Origin: Antedon mediterranea | Lineage: Eukaryota; Animalia; Echinodermata | Length of the DNA: 64,000 bases | Direction: 5' to 3' | NCBI RefSeq assembly: GCF_964355755.1 | Contig: NC_092678.1 | Coordinates: forward strand, 9,130,422 to 9,194,421 | Shown here: positions 23,901-38,900 of the stretch, one piece after another | Layout: the number at the start of each line of letters is the position of its first letter | Position numbering within the stretch: the stretch's first letter is position 1 | Translations under genes and position numbers: made by a program | Notes under the pieces: model-generated | What the model was told of the DNA's origin: nothing | What the model saw: the letters and a program-made list of their open reading frames with translations, nothing else | Database searches by the model: none

Positions 23901-26900
23901 ACTAAGAAATAACACTCAATGCACAGGTATTACACTACCAAGCATACAGAAAAATGACAATAAAATAGTTAAGATTGCCCAACTAGCCGATGAAATGGTA
24001 ATTTTTACACAAGATGGAAATATTCTGAAACACTTTTTTTAATGAAATTGATATATTCTGTATGGTGTCTGGTTTGTCTTTAAACAAATATAAAACAAAA
24101 GGTGTGTGGATTGGGTCAAATAAAAATAGTTGTTTAAAACCATATAACATAACATGGATAATTGAACTAGTAAAATGTTTGGGAATTTATGTAGGCTACA
24201 ATAAAGATAAATGTAATGAACTGGGACAATAAAATTGTTAACTTAGAAAATGTATTAAAGTTATGGGAGAAAAGAAACCTCGCATTCTTTGGTAAAATTA
24301 CAATCATTAAGACACTTGCCATTTTAAAAAATTGTATAAAAAAAGTATAATAAATGTTCCACACTACGTCTATCCCAAAGTAGAAAAAATAATATATAGT
24401 TTTCTTTGGGAAATCAAAGGATGCCACTCATCAAGAAAGTGTGTGAATGTGGTCTTAATATGGTTTATGTTAAGTCAATGGTAAAATCTCTAAAGTTAAG
24501 TTGGGTCAAAAGGCTTCTACGTCCAGACTCCGGTAAATGGAAGTGCATACCACTCTATTATATATATCCCATTGAATATACTGTAAATACAAGCCTACCC
24601 AATTTAGAAGAAAACACATACTGTAGTTTTAAGAGGTTTATCAGACTTCTATGTAGAAATGTTAAAAGATGTGGTACACATCAACAACATTTTAGGTCAA
24701 CATCCTATAAATGTAGCACAAATTAAAAAACAACAATTGTGGGAAAATAGGTATACTAATTAATGGAAAATCAATATATTTTGAAACATGGTTAAATACT
24801 GGATATAAAATAATTAATTATAATAATTATATGTCGTAAATAACAGAATAATAGCACCTGATATCTTAATACCCACTCTATCTAAAAGACAAAATGGTCT
24901 TATAGAATACATGGTGCTTATTAATGCCATACCCATTAATGGAAAGAATCCATAACGAGAGACCAATACGATGACGAACAAGGGAATACAGATATCATTA
25001 ATTCGTACTCCTATATTATGGGATTTCAGAAGTTTTGTAAATTCATGTATGAAAATGCAAAATAGTACAGGAGAAAGTACAGCCTAGTTTTTACACCTTG
25101 TTCAATATATAAAAATAATCTGTATACAATATATCTCCAAATTTTATAAAAGTGCATCATTTTCCAGACACGGCCTCTAATGCTCGATGTCCACGCTGCT
25201 TTTAATAAGCTGTCCCTCCAAATATTATCAAATGCATAGAAGTCAAGTTTAAAAGTGTGTTGTCTTTTCTTCTTTACGTAGACACGCATCAACACTTTTT
25301 AATGTGAATATGTGATCTTCACAGCTGTATCCTGGTCTAAAGCACATCATTATATTTCAAGAAAGTGTGATATTTTTTGTAATTATCCTATTGAATATTT
25401 TTTAAACAGATGAATAATTATAAAAATATGCCTCTACAATAAATAATAATAAGTGTTTTCTTCTTTCTTATGAATTGGACATAATACTAGTGTTCCATTC
25501 TAAAGGTATTTTTTCTAGTGAAGCAAATTAGGTCAGATAATGCTACCAACCTAGTTGGAGCATGTCGTGAGATGGGCAAGCAAATAAAAGCATGGAACAA
25601 AGCCAAAATTCATTCAACTTTATTGCAAAAGGATATTGACTGGTTATTCAATCCACCCACTGGATTCCATCATGGTGGATGGGAACATCAAATTATATTA
25701 GTTAAGAATCAGACGTTAACTGATGATACAGTACCTTACAGTACATACATTCATTTGTGAAGTGGAAAATATCGTCAACAATATAGGCTAATAACCAGCA
25801 ATCAGGAGGATAGTAAAGATCTTAAACCACTCACATATAAATCTACCACCTTGCGTTTCTGAAGAAAATCAAATTACAGTACTTCCGGAGAAGATGGAAA
25901 CAAGCCCAATATTTGGCAGATCGTTTCTGGGTGAGACAGAAAAATTAATATCTTCTGCTGTTACAAAGGAGGCAAAAGTGGTTAGCTCCTAGAAGAAATG
26001 CTAAAATTTGAGATGTTGTTTTACTGATCTATGAGACCACCCCGACAAATGTGTGGCCATCGGATGTCATGACATCATCATATGGCCAGTTTAATTCAAA
26101 AAGTCTGATTCTCATCTTTTTAGTAAACACTCATTGTGTTAAAATAGCGCGCATCTCGCATTTTCGTTCCCAAAATTCTTCAAATTTTCTTTCATGTAAT
26201 TATTTAGATAATTATCTTCTAAAATTGCTATCTTTATGTTACATTTTGATGACATCATCAAGTTAAAAATTGGATTAAATTTCATCTTTGCTACACTGTA
26301 TATAATAACATACAGTGTATTCCATAAATACTGATGTTTTATGACACAAAATAGGTACAATTCAGATAAATAAATAAACATATTTAATTCATATCATAGG
26401 ATGGCATAATTGTCGACGTTCATATTTTATGTATGTTTTTCGTATGTGCATGTTCCGTTTGCTTGATTAACCAAAACTCTTCAAAGTGATGAGTTTAAAT
26501 CTAGTTTGTAAGAAATTTAGTGTGTGATTATACTCTAAAATAGAGATTAATTCAATTGATAATTGTTTCTGTACAGTGAACAGAGAAATATTTAGTGAAG
26601 GCGTTTCAAATCTTTCTAAATCTAAGGCAATTATACTAAAATTGTAAAGGAAGAGTGTTAGAACGATATATCAAGAACATTTTTTTTATAAAATTACAAT
26701 ATAATTTGTAAAAAAATAAACTATTTTAAAATCTTACCTCAAAGTATTCCCGTGTTCTCCGTGCATCTAGCATGACGTTATGCCAAGCTTCAAACACCAT
26801 ACGACCTAACGACATATTGTATACAGTCTCGATCACCTGGTAAGCCGCTAGATATAAAATAAATTATCACTTTGTATGAAAACACATTAAAATACATTAA

Positions 26901-29900
26901 GGAATGTAGAGTGTAGAGGGTTGGGGAAAGTTCAAGTATATTAAACTAAAAAAAACCCAATATAAAATCGAATTTTATTCTTACAAGAATGTCTATTCAT
27001 CCTGAACCGGTACCAGTTCACCCACTTTTCCATGTGTATTCGTATTTTGCGTTTATGATAGTACTCGGCTGCCGCTCTCATCTTCCGCTCTAAATTGATA
27101 CGCTTCTGTCGTTTCCTCATGTGGTATTTAAACCATGCCCTATTCAAAGAATATTACCAATAATAGTGATACATTTTCAAATAGTTGTAATGTTGAAAAT
27201 GGTTTGGACAATTTGCAGCTCTATATCAGCTGTTTTCCATCTAACATACTTAAGTAATGCTCTAAATAATCTCTACTAGCAATCCAGATGCAAACCTTCT
27301 TGTCACTAAGTCACTTCTTCAATCACAAAGACATCTTCAAATGCTCCCCCACTAAAAGATAATAACAGATACCCAAGACATAACTCACGAATCATCCCAC
27401 AATACTGTCACCAACAGATACCAGATCTCATCAATTCCATACATTACCAAGCTGCTCAGTTCTTGGTCCTCTCAAAGGTGAAGAAATAAATTTTTTAGGA
27501 TTATTCAAATATATCCCCTCTTTTGGATGTAAAAAATATCCCACAAATCGCGAAAGAGATTGAAATGTATGAAAATTAGAAATGTTCTGGGTAGCTTCAC
27601 TTTAATGCCGTCTTGAACCCTTAACATGTGGTTGCTGCTTTTGTCCATTTTCATAATTGTATTGTGTTTTTATTTAGACTGCAAATAACCTACAACAACT
27701 CCACTTTAATTGTTCTATTGTAAAGTAGGGCCTACTGTAACTTGAAAATCTATTACAGTAGAACCTGCATTTTGGATTCGTAAAATCCAGGTTGATCTTA
27801 AATTGACCCCAAATATGTAGATCGTAGCTAAAATGGCTGCCGTGTTTGCCTACTTTACTGTATAGCATGCAGGTGGTCACTATAGTATACAGTAGGTCTT
27901 GCCTAGACTAATCTAGCAAGATGTGAGGCAGCATAACTAGAAAAGTACAATATATACAGGCTATGCGATGTTTAAATAAAATATCAATGTTCTTGTATTT
28001 CTATCAATAAAAACATTTGCTGCTTTAGGGGGAATGCACGTACGTCTGTATAGCTTGTCTCGCACAGCCATGGCTTTGTGCACTGTTGTTGTTAAATTGC
28101 GCCTTTAATGTAAGAAAATGATGACATCATTGGTCATTTTAAGCGTACGTAAAATCCAGGGAACATAAAACAGGAAAAGAGGTTCTACTGTACATTGGTG
28201 AAGGAGCGTTTTGCTGCATGCCACCACCGACAGACTACTGGCCAACATGTCATTTTGCCAACAAGACATTTCGTATATTTTACATTTCGTACAACTATAA
28301 ATATATACTGTAAAGCCCAACATTTTTGCGATTTCAGTTTCTTGTCATCTTCTACAATTTGGCGAACCAAATGTCAAACAATTGAATAGCGCAAGTAGAA
28401 AAGGCCTGATCGACTTTAAACCAGCATTCCGCAACCTTTCTTGACCGCAACCCCATCATCCTATTTTGGGAATTTTCGCGACCCAACATTGCGTATTTGA
28501 TCTTACAGAAAAATTGTGGTTCCATGAGATTCATCATTTTTGCGTGATGTAATGTCACTTTCAATCAGTACTTACCTGTAAGTCATTGTAATCAACTTTG
28601 AATTATAAGCATGGTAAGCACGTTGATACATTTCAGGAGCAGGCTATAGAGAAAAAGAATTATTACATAAAAACAAGTGACACTTTTATCATTCAAGAAA
28701 TAAACAATTATATTTTTTAATACTAATTTTAAACTTGGAATATTCACCCTTTAAAGAACTACAATAATTTTGGAAATGAATCAAGAAGCTTAAAGTAAAA
28801 ATAAATAATACTAGACTTGTCTAGTAGTATAATTGTTCTAAAGTAAACACATTTTATTCAGTTTAGCAGTCATTTCCTTTGGAAGAAGTATAGAAATTGA
28901 AAGAACAATTTGATTTTAGGCTCTACTACAGTATTTTACACTCTTACCACGTTGAAACACTGGTTCTCAACAGATCACCAAGGTTAAGCAACAGGACCGG
29001 TTAGAGCTTGGATGGGAGACCATCTGGGAATATCGGTTGCTGTATACAGTATATGGGGTGGGGTCCCATACAGGCATTTGAAATCAGCACTTTCTTACTC
29101 TTATGGAAGCGGTGAAGAGAGAACACCTTGATCAATGATACTAGGACCAACCTAGCAGGTGCTTTAAACAGTCTTGGCTTAGTTTCATTCATCCATCATT
29201 CAGATGAATGTAAGACTACTGTAATTGACTTTGTCGTCCGCAATATTCGCCAGCCAATACAAATACATTAGAAATAGTCACTTGTCAGTTACCATTTATT
29301 CGTCATCGAAAATCTGTAAATTTTATAGTAAACAATAATACCCGGAGATATATACAGAACTGCTCTTTTAATACCATGTTTGTAATTAACTAATCATTTA
29401 CTAGGCAATTTAAAAAAAACTCAGCCATTGACAACGTGATCACTGTACAGTAAGCATATTTAAAAAAAAAAACAAATACTGCAGGGTTAATATTGATCAG
29501 TGAAAACATTAAGACATGAAAGGTCATCAAGTTGCAATTTTCATATTTTGACACAAAAACATGACAATAACATAACATGACAATGACATAACATGACAAT
29601 GACATAAAACTTATAATCTTAACTAAAGTAGGAAGTGTTGATGCTTTGGCAGTGAGTGGCAGTTGGAAGAGGTAACATGAAAAGTGTAGGCATCCCTTTG
29701 ATTAGCTTTGATATTGTTTCCACATGACATCTACACCCAAATTCCTATTCATAATAACACAATAAATGAATAAAAATTACTTGTCCAGCACTCCCATTTT
29801 ACAATGGCATAGTCCATTGTTGGGTGGCTTTTTTCCGATTTCCTTAAATACATTGCTATATGAAACAAAATTATAAGTCTACAGAACCAGCCACCATGCT

Positions 29901-32900
29901 TAAAGGGGGGTTCCGGGTTTAAAATGAATAGTAAAAAATGTAAAATATATTTGTTTGTCTCTTGAACGGTAAAAGTTTCAATTTATATAAGCGCCCAGTG
30001 AAGCAGAAGAAGGCTGTGAAATGAGGCCAGATTATAAGTGTAGATACGGCAAAATCACACTGTGGTTACAGAATAGGAAATTCGTGAAATGGTCAATCTT
30101 CCGACGACTCGTTATCATTAACCATATCAATTACTTTTGTAAAATTATACTTATCTGATGTAATTTTAGTCGGTCTTCCCATTTATAAAGTCAATTTTCT
30201 ATGAAAACCCATCAAAACAGTGAAAAATTAGATAGGTTTGCACTTTACGTTTGCCGATTTTCGCACTGACTTAGGGAAAGCCTTCAAAATCAATGAAGCG
30301 TAATGTATACATTCCTGCTGAGCGAGGAGAGTGAGACGACGATACACGTGCTCTCTCTGCCCCATGCCTGGCATCGTCACGTGATAAGCAGATACAGTAT
30401 ACAATATCAAACTGGTCGGGTCGAGTATACCCCGTCTATAATCACAACATGAACGATGTACAGTATTTGATTGAAGGTCGACTCGACCTACCGGAATGGT
30501 ATAGATAATATAGCTCAAATGAGAGAGTTGGAATATTTGTATAAACATAAGTATTGCTAATTTTAACAAGTGTGCCTATAGTAAAAGGCCTGGTAGTATC
30601 AATTCGCATAGGGTCTACTACACTAGCTAGCTCAATTTTTAACTGGGCCGGATCGGCTAGGAGGTCTACTTGCTTGATGCAGTATCCGCTTTTTTGGAGA
30701 GTAAACTAGGCCTAGGCCTATTTTAGGCCTACTTATTAATTAGACGATCGGGACACCATACGTGCGGACGGCGATCGGACCTTGTTTTGCCTCAATATTT
30801 ACAGCCGATTTTGTAGAACGTTTTAGGTTTAGATTGTTTAGGAGTTTGGTTGATAGGATGGGTTTGGAATCCACTGAGTTTTGTTATTTATGGGCCAATC
30901 GTTTAGTAGTAGGTTAGCTAGGCCCATGATGGCCCCAATGTTTTAACGTAGCCATCGTGGCATGGAATCCCTAGTCAGAAATGGCTCTCACCCATGAATA
31001 AAATGATTTAGGCTCGGCCTAGCCTAGTACGTGATGCCGATATACGATCTGTAATATTCGAGGTATAAAAATAGTATAATTTATGACTCCGTAATCTGTA
31101 CTAAATTTTGTATTTCATTAAATGTCAAATAAATATATGCTACACTTTTGGCCCAGCTTAGAAAATCTACAAAAAATGTATTTCACAATGATCGGGTGGT
31201 CGTCGTTTGACAGGGGAGAGAGAACACAACATACAGGAAGCTTGACGTCGCGAGTTTGGAATCCACTGATGACGTGATTTTGTGAATATCTCATGAATAT
31301 TAATGAGCTTCCCTAAGCTGCTGAAAACAGACTTTCCATGAATTTACCCTAAAATGTATATGAAATTTAATTTTTTTAATTTCTCGTTATTACTTCTTCA
31401 TTCTGACATGTCTATATTGTTATTTAATAAATAAACGATATTTAAAAGCAATTTTAAACCCAGAATCCCCCTTTAATTTGCAGCTTGAAGAGACCATATA
31501 TGCAATGAAATAGTGAAATGAGTAAGCATTTTGTTGCATTTGTATAGCTCAAAGTGAACACCATCAGAAATTGCCATCAATGTAAATTTGTGTATGAATG
31601 AGCACATCACAATTCAAGAGTTGATTGAACTCATAAACACTCTTTTAGTATAAAAAGTAAAATGTAGTGAAATTAATAATCATTTCGTTGAATATTAGTT
31701 CAATAAGAAATTCTCATCATTTAAAAGGACTAGGAGTTTAATACTACTGTAGTAATTATACCTGCCAAATATTCTATGAAATCATAATAAAGAGGAAAGT
31801 AGGAAGAGAAAATATTATATTTAAGTCATAAATGAAAAATGCTTGTATCTTTGTCATGATTGACTTCTAACTGCAGATGTACAAGAAACTTTGTTATATT
31901 ACGTTAGAGTCGCGCAGCGTAGTTACGCATGATTTTCGTGTATTTAACATAGATCGAAAACCAACAATTTCAATCGAAACTTAGCAAAAGTGTAATTTAT
32001 GTCATATGTTAACTTCGTGTGGACAAAAAATGGCATGGTTCACAGAAAGTTACTCGTGTTTAAAATTTTAGAATGCAAAAATCAAAGTTTATTTTTATTA
32101 CATATTCTGGAAGTTGTAGATATCGGATCATTCTTCAAAATGGCTAACCTAATTATGATTGTTTACAACTCGTCACGGTTGAGAAGGTGTTTTTACTCAG
32201 ATCGCGAGCAAGTTTATGATTATGCATACAGAGTAGCCACACAAGCGCGTTGCATTATGGGATATGTTTTGATTGAAAACTTTGACTAGGGACAATACAT
32301 CTTTAACCATTTATTTTGTCATGTTATAAGTGAACACATGATTTTTTTCCATTTTTTTTCTATGTAAGTGATTAACAAAATAACATTTTCAAAGTCTTAT
32401 TTAATTAATCTTCATTTTTCTTGTTTTTGGGGGCAATATATCTTTAATGTGTTGCAGTTATAACATTGTATAGGTCATTTGAAAAATTGTTTTGATTTTA
32501 ATGTAACGTATCGTGACTGCACCCACTACTCAAATCTGCATTTGGAGATTGGGGTGGGGAATCATTCAAAATGACAATTTGAATGACTATTTTAATAGGC
32601 TCAGTAGTACAGTATTTTCAGTTGAACAAGGCTAATATAGTGTACTAGAGTATTTTGTGAGGATGGCTATGGGCTGCATGGTATCATATGGTATAGTTGA
32701 CCATCAATTAAATTGCATTGTTTATAATGTTAAGCAATTATTAATTACTTAAGTACAACATTATAGACACCTTGTTAATTCACCAAATTGGTGCCTCTAG
32801 CTAGCTGTAAATCAAAGTTGATAACTCCTTGGATAGTAGTAGGCTACAGCATAGCCAGCCATGTGGAGAATCATTTCTTAATAGCTAATAAGTATTAAAA

Positions 32901-35900
32901 CAATATAGATAGAGAAACATAATTTATCTAAATACACACTTATTCATTTATTAAAATTAAATGTGTTTGGGGCATCCGATTCGTGGATGTGGTTGTTAAT
33001 TATTATTCCACAATAAACTTTTACGGTACAGTGATACGATCAAAGAAATGTCGCTTGTATTAAGCGGCACTTAGATTGTGTGGTCACATGACAACCTGAT
33101 CGACGATGCCCTCCTACCAAAACAACCCAGCGTCTCCCATTGAATGTACACCTTTTGAGTAGTCGTGACGATTAAACTTATAAAATGACCAGCGATGGGA
33201 GTACAAGCTCACAGCAACCACTGCAAAAAGAAGCCTATTTTCGATAAATCATATTCCGGCGCGGCGTACTTTCAGATTAGAGAATTTATCTTTTTTGTAG
33301 GATTGGTACGTCTTTTTCACAATACGGAGAAGATATTTTCGAGTGATGACACAAACATGCTGTTAATATTAATTCTTCAAATATTCTCGATTGCCACGCT
33401 CTATTATTATGTTATTTATGTTAGATGCGCTTCACTGAACAGCATTGTTTGTTTTGTCCGGATAGTCGTGTCGGGCCCTGTCGGCACATGTGGATTTTGC
33501 CATTGATTTATTTTACCACGAATGTATAGTGTAACAATTAAAATATTTTGTAAAGGTACAGTAATAATATGATTAAATTCACATACTGTACACGAAATTG
33601 TAGTAGGCCAAAAAAAATTGCTGACTTATTGTTTTACTACTTGTTTTAGCTTGAATCATTCCCACATAGGCTAGCAGGTTTACCAGCCAAAAACAGAAAC
33701 TGAAGATTGCTTGTAGGGCCCTGTTTCTGCTGCAAATCCCAAATATACCGTATAAATATACCGTATAAATATACCGTATAAATATACCGTATATATACCG
33801 TATATGAAATTCATGCACCGTTTCCGCTGCACATACTTCGTGGGTGGGCTGTAAAAAAAGTTGGCTTTCATATACCCAAAATGCATTTTGTGAGACGGAA
33901 GTATGGATTGACCTAGAGTCTCGTGTAGTGAGGTTACATGACAAAAACAAAACAATGATGGTTTCTCAAAACGTCTTAGCATTGCTTTCTATTTTAAATC
34001 TAATGATCAGAAGTGGCAACGAATTTACATCGCACAAACAATCTAGAAATGTAGAATGGGCATTGACTACATTTATGCAAAGAAGACGACGGCGTTTGCC
34101 TTTAACTTTGGCGTTATTAAGTCTACCACAAATTCTGCTTTATTTTGTTTGAGATACTTTTGTAAATCTCGGTATCTCTTCTGTTGCCATGTAGTCTCCC
34201 CCCAACCTTCGCTTCTCCCCACAATTGAATTGCAAAAATAGTTATTTCTTCAGTCCACAGTGATATTTTGATCTGTTGCTTGCTTATTATACACGTGTGT
34301 GTCAATGCAGCAGAAAAACAAACGCGTCACGCTCTGTTAGTTTTTGACCTCATGTCATGGGCCGGGTCACATATACGGTATATTTTGAGTGCAGCAGAAA
34401 CGGGGTACGAAATATACGGTATATTTTGGAATATACCGTATAATATCCACAAACGATGGGGATATTTATGCGGTATATATACCGCATATATATACGGTAT
34501 ATTTTTTATGAGACCCATTTCTGCTGCCAAAAAATATACCGTATATAAAATATACCGTATATATACGGTATATTTTTGGCAGCAGAAACGGGGCCTAGGA
34601 CACAATATCATGTCTACAAGTTCTTCTGGACATGATCTGGAAAACTAATTATTATAATAGAGAATGTCAAGGCTCAACCTTGGCTGCTGCTTACTGAAAT
34701 AGCCTGTAGGCTAAATCTCTTCACATTAGACTTGTATGCAAATTAACATTCGGATTGATGCATAATAACGTTGTGCGTCTACCACGTTAGGATACTTTGG
34801 AAACACTCCCTAATTAGACAATGTTTAAACTTAAGCATAACATTTTCCGAAAATCCAAGAGAATTCCCTTTGATGATTCATGTTATTTGGAATAGAAGCT
34901 CTCAAAGAAAGCTATACAAGATACAACCTTATTATGAATACATGCTTAGTGAACACCTTGTTCACTAAGCATGTATTCATAATTTCACAAATTTGATAAG
35001 AAAGTGATCTCTTTTCAATAGGGAAATATTTCATGTCGCTTAGTGGTCCAAAACAGGCTTTAGGAATTTGGCTCAATTATTAGGGCCTGATTACCTGTGG
35101 TAATCGCATTTGTAATCGCATCTTAACAACCAGCTCATCATAATTAAACTAAATTGGTTTAATCTCATAAATTTCAGGTGATATGTTATCATATGACAAT
35201 AAAATTAATTGCATACAGTATTGCATAACACACATACTGTACACATGCTTACAATTTTTTTAATTTGTCAAAATTTACTTTCAACTATCAAAATTAGTGT
35301 ATTTTTCAGGGAATTTGCTTCTGTGCATAAAATGTTAATCTTTTTGCACCGTTTCTGTTTGTCAACATTTCTTTAGCAATTTCATCTTTCAAAAAAATTT
35401 GTCACATGATGCAAATGTAGATCTCTGTGGCATCTTTAATGATGTCGTATACAAAAAACCAGTATGATTTTTTTAACATTCCAAAAAAATCTTGTCCTGG
35501 TTCCACATCTTGTCGTTAATTTACCTCCGCCAAGGATGTATGTAATCGATCGGGTATGTTTGTTTGTGTGTCGGTTTGTTAATGTTAGCAGAATTACTAA
35601 AACATTTATTACCAGATCTTTACCAAATTGAATATACAGATAAATATGCAGTCAAGGACCATTCCATTAAATTTTGGGACCATGGTCCAAATTCTGGACC
35701 ACTTTTTAGTATACTTTTCAGACCTGCTAGTGTTAAAAGATAGGACAGAATTTTCCAAAAGCCGGCGAGCAGTCTTAATTAAAGTAACAAGTAAACTGAA
35801 ACTGCATTTTCTCGAGAACTACTTGTCCAAAATTTTTGTACAAGAGGCAAGAGTTATAATTTGTGATTTGTAATTTCAAAACATAAGTAAGTACAGTAGT

Positions 35901-38900
35901 AGTAATACTGTTCTATTGTTAGTCAACTGAAACTACCGGTATTGTTAATTAAAAGGCTTGTGTTAACAAACCATACACCAAACTCACATACACATGCTTG
36001 TACCGTAGTGAAATTAGCCTAAATCACAAACAGCACTAAGACACACACAAATATATTCCCAGGAGAAATCTTATGTAGGAGAATTTTACAGTAGGTGGAG
36101 GTATGCACTCTCGGAGTGGCTTTCTAGTTATTATAGAGTCCATTTATCTTACATATGGTACAGTAGTTATAGTATACTATAAACTAGGCATGTCATTGTT
36201 TGTTTTGCTTTTTATCTTTGATAGAAATTTTTTTTTCCATCAGAGCAAGTCCACAAACAACATAATGATTATTACGGAATTAGGAAGCGTACGAGAAGGC
36301 CTATTTAAGCAGTGACTGTCTGTGAAATAGTAGTACTTCGGGGAAACCCTCTACTCCCCTGCACCGGTATTTTGTGTACACTGGAATTGCAGTATATACT
36401 ACTGCTACTCTTTAAGAATAGATTGAGTGAGCCTCGAACCCTTGCTGATATTATGTCTTAACTGCTTGGCCATCACTCGCCGTGTACTGTAATCGTCTCT
36501 TTTGGTTCACATCACATTTTGTAATTGTATAACTGTACATAAAACGTGAATAACAAACAATGTCTCTAAATTAATTTGTTGAATAAAATGTACACCCAAA
36601 TAGTGAAAGGAAATTATTAGCTGCAATTCACAAACAAGCATGCAGTCACAAAATACTACATATGGTATTAAATTCTGAGTTTCATAATATTATTTATCAA
36701 AAAACAAAAACAAAGTTGGCGAGATGTGTGTCAGAGTTAAACACTCGAGCATTGATAAAGATGTCATGGTGTGTACTTTATGGTGTGATGTTATCACATC
36801 TAATCAGTGGCTTAATGCAGGAGAAAAGGGCCTCCTTAGTATTCATAAGAAGTGCTATAACAATGTTGCATAAATGTATTTATTTATTAGGGGTGGAGCT
36901 GTTCATGCTCTAGGGCCCTGGATTTAGCCAGTGAGCACTCATAGCTCTTATGCCACTGCATCAAATATATGTTGTGCATGATTCATAAAACAGTGCAAAA
37001 TAAGATTAAACAATGGTGTGATAACACTTCAAATAAACAAGAAAACATTGTAATTACCCTGCTTTCCCATGGCTAGATGAAATATGCACATAAATTGAAG
37101 GAAAAAAATACATGTTAAACTTCAACATCAGGCATACTATACAGTAGGTATTAAAAACGAATACAATGGTAAATATAATAATACAATGACAATTTATAAA
37201 AGATGTATTCATCATAAAAGATGTATTCATCATAAATACTGCTGATCAGTGTGACAGTGGGATTAGTTTTTACCTACTAATTGAATTTGAGATAACCAGT
37301 AATTGACATTTGGAAATTGTTTTTAGAACCCTGAGAAAAATGTAACTATTAATTAATGGCATAATAAATAAAAATTCACAATTGTCACTCTAATGACGAA
37401 ATGATGAAATTCATCAATTATGATTCAACGCAACATATCTCATGTGTTTTGTAATACTAACCCCTTTGGAATGCTCGACATACCATGTTTACAATAAGAG
37501 ATGACAATAATTTTGGGTCTTCAATAGCACCCTCTATGGTTCAATATATTATTGTTCACCCCCTTTTTCATTAAAAATATTAGTCAACAAAGTATAAAAT
37601 AGCTGCTCAAACTTTGGACTGAAAATCAGTATTGGTAAAACCAACTAGCTTAAATATCGCCATTAATGGGTCAAAATTCAAACAGGTTGATAAATAGAGC
37701 ACAGAATCGGCAAAGCACTTGGAGCTATGCAAATCTTGAACACCATCTGGAGATCCAAGGAAATCTCAACTGACACCAAACTAGAACTTTATAAGGTGTT
37801 CATCTTGTCCATCTTACTGTATGGAGCTGAGACTTGGACACTTAAGAAAGAAGATGAACATAGACTCCTAACCTTTGAGATGACACGTCTACGAAGATTA
37901 ATGGTCACCCGACTTGACAAGATTCGAAATATCATACGCCAACAAATGGGCATAAAAACAGAAATAACTGAGTTGGTTGCCAGAAAAAGACTGCATCTTT
38001 TAGGCCACATTAACAGAATGGCAATCACAAGATATCCCAAGATTGTATTTGGAGCGTTAACTCATGGTGAAAAAGACCGAGAGGCAGACCAAAAGATGGA
38101 AAGATTGTGTAAGCAGCTGACACCAACACCAGAGGAATACAATCACTCCCAGAAGCTGTACGACAATCCAAAGAACGAGTAAAATGGAAAGAAGTCATGG
38201 AGCAGAAGCCATCACACAGACCTAATCTGGTGTGGATGGCTTAAGTAAAGTACAGTAGAAGCTGTGTTTTACGTACCCTAATTTTACGTTCTCTGGATTT
38301 TACGTACGATGACGTCATCATTTTCTTACATCGAGGGCGCAATTTAACAACAACAAACAAAGCCATGGCTGTGTAAGGAATTCTGCTGTGTGAGACAAGC
38401 TACACATGTGCATTCCCCCTACAGCAGCGACTGTTTTTATTGATAGAAAATACAAGAACATTATTGATATTAAATGCACAGGCTGTATACTGTGTACTTT
38501 TCTAGTTAGGCCTCACATCTTGATAGGCCTGCTAGCCTGGCCTGAATAGTCTAGGCAAGGCCTGGCTAGTGACCACCTGCATTCTGTACACAGTAAAGTA
38601 GGCCTAGGCAAACACGGTAGCCTTTATAGCTACGATCTCTACGTATTTGGGGTCAATTTAAGGTCACCCTGGATTTTACGAATTTTACGAATTTCTTGTT
38701 TTACGTACGCCTTTCGGTCCCGTACCGTACGTAAAAATAATGAAGGTTCTACTGTGCAAGTAAAAAAAAAATTAGCATTATGAGTTACAATAACCCAAAT
38801 TGGTTGAACAAAAGCTACACAAACCATAACCTATTTGTGAATACTGTATTAGATACTAACTAGATTAAACTTTTAAGGGCATTAATGATAAATGTAAATA

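Noticed and set aside
26738-27147. Separate SFI1 gene
   Set aside because: Only about three repeats, and the exons splice in frame to the F-box/LRR exons of FBXL13.
28935-29044. Functional 5S rRNA gene
   Set aside because: Diverged 5' end, internal deletions and no terminator.
33579-34648. Cluster of Tyr/Ile-rich ORFs
   Set aside because: Translation of ATATACCGT subrepeats inside a MITE.
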